Assembly (NCBI GenBank): GCA_038087875.1
Contig: CM075988.1
Coordinates: 19,966,001-20,030,000, forward strand
DNA from: Malacoraja senta
Taxonomy: Eukaryota
Length of the DNA: 64,000 bases
Direction: 5' to 3'
This document shows positions 24,660 to 37,770 of this stretch, in pieces (within the stretch, counting starts at the first letter, position 1; the number at the start of each line of letters is the position of its first letter). A model generated the notes under the pieces. The model was given only the letters and a program-made list of their open reading frames with translations, was not told the DNA's origin and ran no database searches. The position numbers and the translations under genes are program-made.

Positions 24660-24977
24660 TTTTAGTTTAGTTTAAAGATACTGCACGGAAACAGGCCCTT
24701 CAGCCCACCGAATCCATGCCGACCATCGATCACCCATTCACACTAGTTCAATGTTATTCCACTTTCTCATCCACTCCCTACACACAAGGGGCAATTTACA
24801 GATGCCAATTAACCTACAAACCCACATGTCTTTGGAATTGGGAGGAAACCAGAGTACTCAGCGGAAACAGGCACTGGAGAATGTGCAAACTCCACACAGA
24901 CAGCACCCAAGGTCAGGATGGAACCTGGGTCTCTGGTGTTGTGAGGCAGCAGCTCTACCTGCTGCATCACTGGGCCA
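24660..24977 (-). mobile_element. HE1/V-SINE-like SINE
   Basis: (TTTAG)n tail, then GGAAACAGGCCCTTC..AATTAACCTAC..GGAGAATGTGCAAACTCCACACAGACAGCACC..GCAGCTCTACC. Confidence 0.85.
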
Positions 24978-25119
24978 CCTTTGCTGCACATCTGGCTAAG
25001 AAGGACACTACATGACGATAATAACTGTTCGCATTCACTCATTGCCTCTTACTGCTCCCTTTCACTCATTAATTACATATCATTTGTTTACATCTTCTTT
25101 CCATGGTCACCTAGGTTTT

Positions 25120-25370
25120 ATCCAAGGAGATTCGGTACACCGATGAATATTCTTATTGGATTTCTACAGGTACACAGTAAAAACATTGACTGGTTGTTTC
25201 ACAGCCTGGTCTGGCAACTCAAATGCCCAAGAACAAAGGAGACTACAGAGAGTGGTAGACATGGCCCAGTCCATCACGAGCTTTGACCTCCCCACCATCG
25301 AAGGGATCCACAGAGGTACTGCTTCAAAAAAGGCATCCAATATCATCAAAGACCCAAAGATTCTTGATCA
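25120..25370 (+). mobile_element. Rex1/Babar LINE C-terminal fragment
   Basis: Translates FYRYTVKTLTGCFTAWSGNSNAQEQRRLQRVVDMAQSITSFDLPTIEGI, homologous to 59095-59475. Confidence 0.8.
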
Positions 25371-25997
25371 AAGATATCCTCACCCCCCCCATCCTCCTTT
25401 TATCTCCTTTTAAATTCTGTCAAAGGGTCTCCAACCAGAAACCTTACCTCGGTTTTCCTACAGGTGCAGCCTGAAATGCTGTCTTTTCAGCATTTTCTGT
25501 TTGGTTCAGCATAATTAGCAGGTCCAGGAAACAGTGGTTTACATGATTTTCTGATAACAAGTCCCTTTGTGATGTAGGCACGGAAAAGGGGTCATAATAT
25601 TCTGACAGATCATCAAGGAGTGCAAATAAATAACAGTTCAAATGTTATTTCACAGCACTTATTACATATTTTCATTTCCTAGACTGATTTGCAGATAACA
25701 GACAATATATTACTCTGATCATTACCAAGAACATTTTCAAAATTACAGAAATTGTATCAATGCAGCAAATACAGGTCGGACCTAATATATTCAAATAACA
25801 TTTCTCATTCACTTTTTTAATAGAGGTATTCATCTAATTAAATTTAAATGTTTAGTCTACCATTAAAATAGCCAGCAGGGGACCAGCAAATGAAAACTAG
25901 GTATTGTTTCTGACTATGTAATCTTTGAAACTCTTCAAAACTGACAAATATAATCAGAGACCTTGACGTGAATAACAGTAGAGGAAGGATGGTATTC

Positions 25998-26025
25998 TAG
26001 TGCCCTCTACTGAAAGAGCACTGCT
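25998..26025 (-). promoter_or_regulatory. CTCF-like motif with possible upstream (U) module
   Basis: Minus strand AGCAGTGCTCTT-TCAGTAGAGGGCACTA; core is close to the consensus CCASYAGRKGGCRSYA. Confidence 0.5.
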
Positions 26026-26446
26026 ATCTACAAGAGAAATCATTACAACTATTCCAGGACATTCTGAAAAAGGGGAAATTATTGAAAAAGATATTCGACG
26101 TCCTTGCAAACCTGGTAGTTGTTTAAAATCAGCTTCATGTAAATAATGTGGTTACAATAATTCCTTGCTGTGGTTACACGGGGAGCAAAGAAATGGCAGA
26201 ATTATTTAGCAGGTACTTTTATTCTGACTTTACAAAGAGGATAAAAATAATTCCCTAGAAATGGCAGGAAACCAAGAGGCTAATGAACGGTAGGGGTTAA
26301 AGGAAATTAGTATTAGTAAATGAAAATGCTGGAGAAAATATTGGCGATAAATTCCCATGGAGTGAGTACTGTAAGGTGGATGCAATCATTGTCATGGAGT
26401 CAGAGTTGTACAGTACAGAAATAGGCCCTTCAGCTCCTGGCATCCT

Positions 26447-26627
26447 TAGAAACATAGAAACATAAAAAATAGGTGCAGGAGTAGGCCATGCAGCCCTTCG
26501 AGCCAGCACCTCCATTCAATATGATCATGGCTGATCCTCCAAAATCAGTACCCCGTTCCTGCTTTTTCCCCATATCCCTTGATTCCGTTAGCCCAAAGAG
26601 CTAAATCTAACTCTCTCTTGAAAACAA
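26447..26627 (-). mobile_element. Short CR1 3' end nested in an older CR1 3' relic (~26390-26840)
   Basis: TAGAAACATAGAAACATA tail then TAGGTGCAGGAGTAGGCC..GTACCCCGTTCCTGCTTTTTCCCCATATCCC. Confidence 0.85.
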
Positions 26628-26842
26628 CCTTTCTGATTATTTTAACTACCTACACCTACCCACATGGAATCAGTAGCCTAAATGCTTTGGTGATCAATAT
26701 ACTTGTCTAAATGCATCTTAAATCTTGTGAGAGTTTCCATCCATCACCTCTTCAGGCAGCACATTCTAGACTCCAGCCGCCCACTGTGGGAAAAATTGTA
26801 GAATGAAAACTCCCTTCGATCTACTGTAAGCTCTCTACCTCT

Positions 26843-29800
26843 CAATAGACAGCAGACAATAGGTGCAGGAGTAGGCCATTCGGTCCTTCAAGCCAGCACC
26901 GCCATTCAATGTGATGATGGCTGATCATCCCAAATCAGTACCCTGTTCCTGCCTTCTCCCCATATCCCCTGACTCCGCTATCATTAAGAGCCCTATCTAG
27001 CTCTCTCTTGAAAGTATCCAGAGAACCGGCCTCCACCGCCCTCTGAGGCAGAGAATTCCACAGACTCACAACTCTCTGTGTGAAAAAGGTGCAGGAGTAG
27101 GCCATTCGGCCCTTCGAGCATTCAATATGATCATGGCTGAACATCCAACTCAGTATCCTGTACCTGCCTTCTCTCCATACCCTCTGATCCCTTTAGCCAC
27201 AAGGGCCACATCTAACTCTCTCTTAAATCGTTCCTCATCTCCATTCTAAATGGCTTACCACTTATTCTTAAACTGTGGCCCCTGGTTCTGGACTCCCCCA
27301 ACATCGGCAACATGTTTCCTGCCTCTAGCGTGTCCAAACCCTTAATAATCTTATATGTTTCAATAACATCGCCTCTCATCCTTCTAAATTCCAGAGTATA
27401 CAAGCCCAGCCACTCCATTCTCTCAGCATATGACAGTCCCGCCATCCCTGGAATTAACCTTGTAAACCTACGCTGCACTCCCTCAATAGCAAGAATGTCC
27501 TTCCTCAAATTAGGGGACCAAAACTACACACAATACTCCAGATGTGGTCTCACTAGGGCCCTGTACAACTGCAGAAGGACCTCTTTGCTCCTATACTCAA
27601 TTCCTTTTGTTATGAAGGCCAACATGCCATTCACTTTCTTCACTGCCTTCTATACCTGCATGCTTACTTTCATTGACTGATGAACAAGGACCCCCAGATC
27701 CTGTTGCACTTCCCCTTTTCCCAACTTTACACAATTTAGATAATAATCTGCCTTCCTGTTTTTGCTACCAAAGTGGATAACCTCATATTTATCCACATTA
27801 AACTGCATCTGCCATGCATCTGCCCACTCACCCAACCTGTCCAAGTCACCGTGCATTCTCATAGCATCCTCCTCACAGTTCACACTGCCACCCAGCTTTG
27901 TGTCATCTGCAAATTTGCTGTTACTTTGAATCCCTTCATCTAAATCATTGACGTATATTGTACATAGCTGCGGTCCCAGCAGTGAGCCTTGCGGTACCCC
28001 ACCAGTCACTGCCTGCCATTCTGAAAGGGACCCATTAATCCCTACTCTTTGTTTCCTGTCTGCCAACTAATTTTCTCTCCATGTCAGCACTCTACCCCCA
28101 ATACCACGTGCCCTAATTTTGCCCACTAATCTCCTATGTGGAACCTTATCAAATGCTTTCTGAAAGTCCAGGCACACTACATCCACTGGCTCTCCCTTGT
28201 CCATTTTCCTAGTTACATCCTCAAAAAATTCCAGAAGATTAGTCAAGCATGATTTTCCCTTCGTAAATCCATGCTGACTCGGACCGATCCTGTTACTGTT
28301 ATCCAAATGTGCCGCTATTTCATCTTTTATGATTGACTCCAGCATCTTCCCCACCACCGATGTCAGGCTAACTGGTCTATAATTCCCTGTTTTCTCTCTC
28401 CCGCCTTTCTTAAAAAGTGGGATAACATTAACTACCCTCCAATCCACAGGAACTGATCCTGAATCTATAGAACATTGGAAAATTATCAGCACTGCATCCA
28501 CAATTTCTAGAGCCACTTCCTTAAGTACCCTGGGATGCAGACCATCAGGCCCTGGGGATTTATCAGCCTTCAGTCTCATCAGTCTACCCAACACCATTTC
28601 CTGCCTAATGTGGATTTCCTTCAGTTCCTCCATCATCCCAGATCCTCTGGCCACTACTATTTCAAGAAGATTGTGTGCGTCCTCCTTGTGACAGATCCAA
28701 AGTACTTGTTTAACTCATCTGCCATTTCCTTGTTTCCCATAATAAATTCACCTTTTTCAGTCTTCAAGGGTCCAACTTTGGTCTTAAGTAATTTTTTTCC
28801 TCTTCACATACCTAAAGAAGCTTTTACTATCCTCCTTTATATTCTTGGCTAGCTTACCTTCGTACCTCATCTTTTCTCCCCGTATTGCCTTTTTAGTTAT
28901 CTTTTGTTGCTCTTTAAACATTACCCAATCCTCTTGCTTCCTGCTCATCTTTGCTATGTTGTACTTCTTCTCTTTTATTTTTATACTGTCCCTGACTTCC
29001 CTTGGCAGCCACGATCGCCCCTTACTCCCTTTGGAGTCTTTCGTCCCCTTTGGAATGAACTGATCCTGCACCTTCTGTATTATTCCCAGAAATACCTGCC
29101 ATTGTTGTTCCACTGTCATCCCTGCTGGGGTATCTTTCCAGTCAACTTTGGCCAGCTCCTCCGTCATGTCTCCATAATCCCCTTTGTTCAACTGTAACAC
29201 TGACACCTCCAATTTATCCTTTTCCTTCTCCGATTTACCCTTCTCCCTTTCCAACCTGATTTTTCCAATTTACCTGCATGTTGAAATCTCCTATAATAAC
29301 CGTAGCATTACCTTTACTACATGCCAATTTTAATTCCTGATTCAACGCACCCTATATCCAGGCTACTGTTTGGGGGCCTGTAGATAAGTCCCATTAGGGT
29401 CGTTTTACCCTTACAATTCCTTAGTTCTATCCATACTGACTCTTGTTTCAATGTCATCCCTTGCAAGGGACTGAATTTAATTCCTCACCATCAGAGCTAC
29501 TCCACCCCCTCTGCCCACCTGTCTGTCTTTTCGATAGGAGGTATACCCTTGAATATTCAGTTCCCAGCCCTGGCCCTCTTGCAGCATGTGTCTGTAATTC
29601 CTACAACATCATACTTGCCAATTTCTATCTGAGCCCCAAGCTCGTCCACTTTATTTCTTAAACTTCGTGCATTCATATACAACACTTTGACCTCAGTATT
29701 CACCTCCCCTCACACCGCTCGTAATTGGCCCTGACCTTACTCTCTTATCCCTTCTTGAACTTTCTTTCCCATTAATTCAGGAGTCTTTTGTAACTTTTCT

Positions 29801-29870
29801 TGTACTCACATCCTCTTCAACTCCATCTTTATACTCCTAATTTGTCAATTACCCCACCCCCCCCAACCCC
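26843..29870 (-). mobile_element. 5'-truncated CR1 LINE (family B), disrupted ORF2 (EN with deletion, RT)
   Basis: Minus-strand ORFs carry KSPGPDGLHPRVLKE, NYRPVSLTSVVGK, DFQKAFDKVPH, GVPQGS, FADDT. (TATTGTC)-type tail at 26843. Confidence 0.95.
27088..27228 (-). mobile_element. Family A CR1 3' fragment inserted in the family B copy
   Basis: Matches the reverse complement of ~6640-6782. Family B sequence GTGTGAAAAA|..TTCCTCATCTCC resumes on the other side. Confidence 0.8.
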
Positions 29871-29879
29871 ACCTAAATA

Positions 29880-30520
29880 ACTAACGAGATGTTAATGAGT
29901 ACTTCACATCAGTATTCACCAAATAGAAGGACATAGATGATGACGGGATTAAGGGGAGGCTTGTTGATATTATAGGGTATGTCAATATTAAAAATGTAGT
30001 GTGTGTTGAGAGAATAAAGGTGGATAAATCCTGGGCTTGATGGAATCGACTCCACAATACTGAAGGAGGAGATTGCTGGGGCTTTGACAGAGACCTTTGT
30101 ATCCTATTGTCTATTAGCTTAAGAAGGGAAATAGGAACAAAGCAGGAAATTATAGGCCAAGAGCTTTACATCAATGGTAGGGAATTTATTGGAGCAGATG
30201 TTTACAAACATTTTGAAAATCATCTGCTTATTAACGATAGTCAACATGGCTTTATGCCAGGGGCATCCTGAAACTTAAATTTCATTGAGTTTTTTGATGA
30301 AGGACTGAAGATGATTAATGAGGTTAAGGTGGCGAGTGGTGTCTAAATGGGCTAAATCATTTGACAAGCTGCCTCATTGTAAGCTGGCCTAGAATATTTA
30401 AGTCACAGGGAATCCATAGTGAGTTGATGTTGAATACAAAATTGGCCCAGTTATAGAAGACAGAGGGTGATGGAGATGTGTTTCCCTGACTGGCATTCTG
30501 TGACCATCGGTATTCTGCGA
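29880..30520 (+). mobile_element. Ancient CR1 RT-region relic
   Basis: Degenerate NEYFTSVFT, DKSxGxDG, NYRP, SQHGF and FDK motifs. Confidence 0.7.
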
Positions 30521-30739
30521 GCATCAGAAATACCCCACATCAGTGAAAAACAGGACCATGTTAGCACTTAAAAACTTGTAACATTGTACTTTGCATTCAA
30601 ATCCTCATCTGCTGGCAGATATAGAAACCATAACAATAGGGCTGAAGATCTTGTGGGAAAAAAGATCTATGTAGGTAAGTTTTTACTTACTTTACTTTAT
30701 TTTAATGTTTTTAATTTTTAGGTGCTTTAATTACATTAT

Positions 30740-31610
30740 ATGTTTGCAGTTGACAAAGCCATGGTAGGCCGGATCGCAACCAGTTATGAGACGGACTACA
30801 GGAAGGAGATAGCGAGCTTAATAGAATGCTGTCAAGACAACGCCCGCTCCTCAACATTTACAAAATGAAGAAACTGGTCATCGGCTTCAGGAAGTGGGGT
30901 GGAGAACACATTCCTGGTGCTGAAGTGGAGATGGTCAAGACCTTTCGAGGTGTAAATATCAATAATTTGTCCTGGTCCAACCCCACAGCTAAGATAGCAC
31001 ACCAATGCTTCTACTTCTTCAGAAGGCAAAGGAAATTTGACAAATCTCCTGTGACGCTTATGAATTTCTATAGAAGCACTATAGAAGGCATCCTATCAGG
31101 ATGTATCACAGCTGGTAACTGCTCTGCCCAAGACTGCAAGAACGTGCAGAGTTGTGAACACAGCCCAGTCCATCATGAAAACTGCCCGCAATCCCCAGCC
31201 TTTCCCACGCACACTATTGACTCTGTCTACACCTAGCGCTGCCTCAGGAAACCTGCCAAAATAATCAAAGACCACTCACACCACAAAGACCATTCTCTCT
31301 TCTTCCCTCTCCTGTTGGGCTGAAGAGAAAAAAACTTTGAAGCATTCACCAACATATTCAAGAACAGGTTATTTCCTGTTGTTATTAGATTCTTGAGCAT
31401 ACCTTTCATGTGCTAAGGATGAATTCCTGATTTCCCAATCCTTCTCGTTGCAGCCCCTTCATTTTTTTATATGCATTTTAGCAGTAATTCTGTTTCTTTT
31501 TCTCCCTTGCACTACCCTGATGTACTCACGTAAGGTATGATTTCACTGGTTGGAATGCAAACAAAGTTTTTCACTTTATCTCGGGACAAATGACAATAAT
31601 AAACCAGTGT
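30740..31610 (+). mobile_element. Old Rex1/Babar LINE 3' portion
   Basis: AHQCFYFFRRQRKF..FYRSTIEGILSGCITA. 3' end TTTTCACT..ATGACAATAATAAACC. Confidence 0.8.
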
Positions 31611-31689
31611 CAATTCCAATTTAATGTTTGAACTATTTTTAGCTTTCTCATTATTTAAATCATCAGTCGCATTTAAAAATATTACAATG

Positions 31690-31965
31690 ACTGTTTAAAG
31701 ATCGTTGAAGGCCTTGATTGGGTAGATGTTGAAGTGTTTCACTGGTAGAAGAGTCACAAACAGGGGGACAGAGCTGCAAGATAACGACTGGTCATTAAAA
31801 CTGAGGTCACAGGGATGTCTCCGCCCCCAAAGGTGATGGATGACAGATCATTAGATATACAGTACATAAAGTCAGATAGGTAAATATTTGAAAGATTGAG
31901 AAATGTTATGAGGAACTGGCACAGAAAAGCAGTTGAGGCCAGCATTGATCAATCATGGTAATGTT
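31690..31965 (+). mobile_element. Degenerate CR1 3' fragment
   Basis: TTTAAAGATCGTTGAAGGCCTTGATTGGGTAGATG..GTTATGAGGAACTGGCACAGAAAAGCAGTTGAGGCC. Confidence 0.6.
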
Positions 31966-32134
31966 AAAGTATGGACCCATTCAGCCTTAGAGGACTAGAG
32001 ACTGCACATGCTGAAATCGTGAGCAAAATTCAAGCTGCTGGAAGAACTCAGTTGCCGACTCTGATGTCTCATCTGAAAGACAACAGATCGAATGGTGCAG
32101 CACTCTTTCAGCACGGTACTAGAGAGCCCTGGTG

Positions 32135-32470
32135 CCTACCTGAAACATCACCTATCCATGTTCTCCAGAGATGCTGCCTGACCCACTGAGTTACTCCTGT
32201 ACTTTGTGTCTTTTTTTGTAAACCAGCACCTCAGTTTTGTGTTTCTATACTTTGTGCTCGGGTTTTTGGGTGTAATTTAAATTCATGATCCACTCAGTCT
32301 CCACTCGGAATGAAAGGAAAACACACAGTGCGAGAGGGACTCAGCGGGTAGGCACTGTCTGTGACTGGAAATGGACAGACAACATTTGGGGTCGAGACCC
32401 TTCTTCAGATTGTCCTTTTCCTTTCACAGGTGCTACCCGACATGCTGAGTTCCTCCAGAACTGTGTGTTG
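32135..32470. mobile_element. Two Penelope-like terminal modules (one single, one collapsed inverted pair)
   Basis: CCTGAAACATCACCTATCCATGTTCTCCAGAGATGCTGCCTGACC and GGGTCGAGACCCTTCTTCAGA..GCTGAGTTCCTCCAG. Confidence 0.65.
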
Positions 32471-32659
32471 TGCTATCTTACGGGATAACCCATGAGTACA
32501 GAGTGTCAATTATTTGGAACAGGTTAGTACAGGAAACAACTGTATCCAAGGTGATCCAGCACATTGGGAAGAATTCATATTCGCCACTGCTGAATAGTTC
32601 CTCACAAAGTAAAACAGCTCACGGGTGTAAACGTCACAAGAAAACAAATCACACTTGAC

Positions 32660-32715
32660 GTGTGTAAGATGGAACTGCAGATGCTGGTTTAAACCGAAGG
32701 TAGACAATCACAGAT
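32660..32715 (-). mobile_element. 56-bp insertion of only the extreme PLE 3' end, 13-bp TSD AATCACACTTGAC
   Basis: TSD at 32647-32659 and 32716-32728 around GTGTGTAAGATGGAACTGCAGATGCTGGTTTAAACCGAAGGTAGAC. Confidence 0.75.
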
Positions 32716-33192
32716 AATCACACTTGACACAAGGCTGGCTGACAGTCTTACACATGCACATGGATGAAAAATTGAAAACTAGGAGAGAGAAACTATTCAT
32801 TATTCATCCCCCATGTTGAATCAGAGGACATAGGGCTAAACAAAAGATGTAAAATAGAACCTGCAAGAAAATATCACAGACTAGGAGACACAGAAGAAGT
32901 AGCTTTTAAACCAAAGGATTATAAATGATTCAAGGCAACATGGCCCTCTGCGTGCTTCTGGGAGAAAATGCCCCTGTTGGACCTGCAGGAGAGGTTTTAA
33001 CGAAAGTAGTGATGTTGAAAGGGAAAGGGGGGGGAATGAGCCAAGAAAAGAAATATAGGACGGATATTGAGGAAGTTAATTAAAAATAGTAGGATCCTTA
33101 CTGGAACTCATTGTAATGCTATGTATAATGTTGCGTAATTGAAAATGCTTTTTGCTTGCAATAAACCTTTCAGTCATTGAACAGCCCCAGTT

Positions 33193-36100
33193 GTTTTTTT
33201 GGGGGGGGGGTTTTGAAAATATTTTTTATTGGAGGTAAATACATATCATATTAAAGTCGTTACCAGTTCTTACATTTTTAAGTTAATAATATTGTCAAAT
33301 ATTATTACATTGTCTCCAATACTTTTTTTTAATAAAAAAAAAAAAAACTTAATAGAACTAAAAAGATAGATGAAATAAAGAAAGAAAAGAGAGAAAAGAA
33401 AAGAAAGAAAAAAAAAGAAACAAAGAAAACAAATAAGAAAGAAATAATAAAGAAGAATGGAATAACTTACTAAGATAAAAAACTTCATTCGAGATATATT
33501 CGTACATTTCAGAATATAACATTTCATCTATTCCTTGGCTCGAGTGCTAGTCAGGTTCTCGTGCTGAACCGTTCTGACCCTTTAGATAATCAATAAAGGG
33601 AGACCATGTTCCAGCAAATAGTTCTTGTTTGTCCAAAAGGACAAGTCTAATTCTTTCCAAGTGTAAGGTCTCCGTCATTTCTATAATCCACATTTTAATT
33701 GTGGGGGTTATAGGGCCTTTCCAGAATTTTAGAATTAATTTTTTCCCAGTTATTATACTATAATCAATAAAGTTTCTTTGAGTTGTTGTAAATGTTTGAT
33801 TTAGTTCTAATGTTCCTAGTATTATTAATTTTGGATCCGGGTCTAATTGAGTGCTGGTCACTTTAGATATTATTCTGAAAATATTTGCCCAGAATTTTTT
33901 AATTTTTATGCAATTTGCAAACATATGAGATAAGTTAGCTTCTAAATGTTGACATTTATCACATATAGGTGAAATATGTGGGAAGATTTTATTTAATTTT
34001 GTTTTAGAATAATGTAACCTGTGTATTACTTTAAATTGTATTAGAGAGTGTCTGGCATTTAATGAACATTGCTGTATGTGTTGTAAACTTTCTTCCCAAG
34101 TATCTTTCGTTATTATTTGATTTTGTTCTTTTTCCCATGTTTGTCTATGTAAGTCCGTCGATGGGATATCGCTGTCTAATAAAATATTATATATGTAAGA
34201 TATTAATTTTTCTGTATTAGGATGTTTATTCCAACAGTCGTCAAGAATTTCTGAATTTCTAATTCTAAAGTTTTGAGTATTTGCTTTTACATAATCTCTA
34301 AGTTGAAGATATCTGAAAAAATCATTTACTTGAAGTCCATAAGTTAGTTGCAACTCCTGAAATGAAAGAAAAGTGCCTTCCTTGTAAAGTTGTCCCATCT
34401 TTTTAATTCCATAGTTTTTCCATTGTGTAAAACCTTTGTCCAACCATGAGGGCTTAAACAAAGGATTATTCACAATTGGAAGAAAAAGTGATAAGTTATC
34501 TAATTTTAATGTCTTTTTTAATTGTTTCCAAATTCGCATAGCACTATATATTATAGGATTTTCCCTATAAATTTTGTTGTTTAATTTAGAAGTAGCAAAT
34601 ATTATCGAGCCGATTTCAAAAGGTGAACAATCTTCCTTTTCCATTTTTAACCAATCTGTTTGTTGATCTATTTCTTCCAACCAAAAATTCATATTTTTAA
34701 TGTTAATTGCCCAAAAATAAAACAAAAAGTTTGGTAAAACCAAGCCTCCATTTATTTTTGATTTGCACAGATGTTTTTTGCTTATGCTATGATTCTTATA
34801 ATCCCAGATAAAGTCACTGACAATGGAATCCAACTTTTTTAAACAGTTTTTTGACAAGTATATTGGAATTGTTTGAAAAAGGTATAATATTTGCGGTAAG
34901 AAAATCATTTTTATGGCATTAATTTTACCAACCATTGAGATAGGAAGTGTTTTCCAATACTGAATATTCTTATGTAGTTTATTCAGTAATGGTGGAAAAT
35001 TTGCTTTAAATAATGATGTATATGTCTTAGTGACATAAATGCCTAGGTATTTGAATTTTTCGTTTACTATTTTAAACGGAAATTGTTGTATTATATGTTT
35101 ATTATTTTCCCTTATTGGCATAATTTCACTTTTATTCCAATTTATTCTGTATCCAGAGAGTGAACCAAATTGGGTTATTAGCTTTAATAAATTTGGAATA
35201 CTAATTTCTGGTTTTGTAATGTAAATTAATACATCATCTGCGTATAAAGACATTTTATTCACTGTATCCTTTGTGTTATACCCATATATTTCCGGATGAG
35301 TCCTAACTCTTTCTGCGAGTGGCTCAATAGCAAGCGCAACAACGGGCATCCTTGTCTGCAACCTCTAGATAGGTTAAATTTAGATGATAACCTTTGGTTT
35401 GTTAATATTCTAGCCGTTGGGTTGGTATATAACAGTTTTATCCATGCGCAGAATTTCTCACCCAGCTGCAATTTTTCCATCACCGAAAATAAATAGGGCC
35501 ATTCCACCTGATCAAAAGCTTTTTCAGCATCAAGTGAGATTATTGCTAGATCTTCATTAATAATTCTCTTTGAATATATTATATTAAATAATCTTCTTAG
35601 ATTATAATATGAATACCGTTTCTGAATATAGCCTGTTTGGTCAGGGTGTATTAATTTATTCATCACTGTACTTAATCTGTGCGCTAAAATTTTAGTTCGT
35701 ATTTTCTGATCTGTATTTAAAAGTGCAATTGCTCTATATGATCCTGGATCTTCCGGATCCTTATCAGCTTTAGGAATGTGTTATTATAGATTTGTTTAAG
35801 GTATCTGGGAGTTTCTGTTGAGTATAAATATGCTCATACAGCATTTGTAAACGTGGAGAGAGCAAGTCGTAATTTTTTTTATAAAATTCAGAGCCTAAAC
35901 CATCTGGTCCTACTGCTTTACCATTTTTTAAAGATCCAATAGACTCTTCAATATCTTTTATCGTAATCTCCGCTTCTAATAATTCTCTATCTTTTGAGTC
36001 TAAACCTTTTAAATTACATTTTTATAAAAATTCTGCTATTCCTTCTGGTTGTACTACAGTTTTAGTTGAATAAAGATTGTGATAATATTGGAGAAATCTC

Positions 36101-37036
36101 TCGTTTATATCCTTGGGCAGTTTTAATAATTCTCCTGTATCTGTTCTAATTTTATGAATTATTTTTTCCCCCTGCAATTTTCGTAGCTGACGTGCTAATA
36201 GTTTTTGTGCTTTGTCTACGAACTCAAAATGTAATTGTTTAGTGTGTTGATAAAGTTTTATTACTTGTTCTGAATACATTTTGTTTAGTTTATATTTCAA
36301 TACAGCAATTTTATTATGTTTTAACATAGATGGCATTCTCGCATTTTCGATATCTAGTTGCTTTATTTCCCTTTCCAATGTTTGTTGTTTAATCCGGTTC
36401 TCTTTGTTATAAAATACTTGGGCAGAAATTAATGCGCCTCGGACAAACGCTTTAAATGTTTCCCAAATAAGAGAAACAGATGTGTCAGGGTTGTCATTAG
36501 TCTCGAAAAATATTTGAATCTGTTTAATAAGATATTCCTGGCATGATCTTTCATTCAATATTTGTGGGTTAAATCTCCAATATGTTTGTTTCTCAGACAT
36601 TCCATTTAATTTAATCATAAATGTTACAGGTGCATGGTCTGAGATTATAATATTATGGTATTTTGAGTTATAAGTAAATGGGATAAACGTGGAGTCAACT
36701 AAAAAATAATCTATTCTTGAGTATGTACCGGTGAGTAAAATGAGTATTCCCGTCCAGTTGGATTTTCAATTCTCCAGACATCCTTAATATTAGTGGTATT
36801 AATAAATGAATTTAAAAATACACTTGATTGAGATTTTACTTTTTTTTGCCTTGATGATCTGTCTAAATAAGAGTCTAATGTACAATTGAAGTCTCCTCCA
36901 ATTATTAATTTATATTGTGTAAATTCTGGGATTATATTAAATGTCTTATTAAAAAACATAGGATTATCAAAATTAGGTCCATATACATTAAGAAGAATCA
37001 CTTTTTTTCCGTTTAACTCTCCAACTAATATAATAT
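33193..37036 (-). mobile_element. 5'-truncated L1-clade LINE with TSD AGCCCCAGTT
   Basis: TSD at 33183-33192 and 37037-37046. AATAAA plus A-tail at the left end. ORF2 motifs as below. Confidence 0.9.
33547..37036 (-). pseudogene. L1 ORF2 (partial EN, RT, C-terminal zinc knuckle), frameshifted
   Basis: EN: LLNVYGPN, GGDFN, DVWR..REYSFYS, SDH. RT: DAEKAFD, GCRQGCPL, LYADD. C-terminal CDKC..HMFANC. A 604-codon stretch (33547-35361) is still open. Confidence 0.92.
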
Positions 37037-37261
37037 AGCCCCAGTTTAATCCCAGTTTTTATGCTGTGTACAATTTCCAGCCATTTAGATTTAAATTTAT
37101 TTAAATAAAACTTACTTCTGATTTGGGAGTTATTTTTAAGGATCACGTAAATTCTGTGCAAACATATTTTATTTACACCATTGTTATGAATGGAATGGCA
37201 CGTTTTGAAATGCTATCGAGGATATGCTTGTGCGTCAGTAAACAATTCAGATGTCAATGGC

Positions 37262-37770
37262 TAACTGTAGTCACAGAGCTGCACAGCATGGACACAGACC
37301 CTTTGGCCCACCTCGCCCTGGCCGACCATGTTGCTTAACTGAGTTGGTCCTACTTGCCAGCACCTAGCCCATATCCCTCCAAACCTTTTCTATTCATGTA
37401 CCTTGTCAAAATGTCCATTAAATGTCATAATTGTACCTGACTCTACCACTTCCTCTCATACAGCATAACATATGTGCACCAACTCTGTGTGTAAAAGTTG
37501 CCACGAGGGTCCCTTATGAATCTTTCCCTTCTCACCTTAAACCTATTCCCTCCAGTATTTGACTTTGACTCTTCTACCCAAGGATAAAGACTGTGGCAGT
37601 TAACCTTATCTCTGCATCCCATGATTTTATATACCTCTAGTTTATATCAATCCTCAGTATCCCATGCTCCAGGGCAAAAAGACCCAAACTATCCGGCCTC
37701 TTCTTATAGATCTACAAGGATGTTTCAAGACTTGGTAACATCCTCATATACCTTTTTTGCACCATTTCCA
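37262..37770 (-). mobile_element. Older CR1 3' fragment
   Basis: GTCACAGAGCTGCACAGCATGGACACAGACCCTTTGGCCC..CCCATATCCCTCCAAACC..CTCACCTTAAACCTAT..CATGATTTTATATACCTCTA. Confidence 0.8.

Noticed and set aside
25415..25505. Strong minus-strand splice donor GAG|GTAAGG ending a 65-aa ORF
   Set aside because: The segment is a decayed Penelope-like terminal module (AAACAGAAAATGCTG..GTTTCTGGTTGGAGACCCTTTGACAGAA).
25872..25887. Fourth CTCF-like word CCAGCAGGGGACCAGC on the plus strand
   Set aside because: Lacks the conserved GGC of the core; much weaker than the three reported.
33270..33527. Phe/Leu-rich membrane-like ORF
   Set aside because: It is the T-rich 3' UTR of the L1 element.
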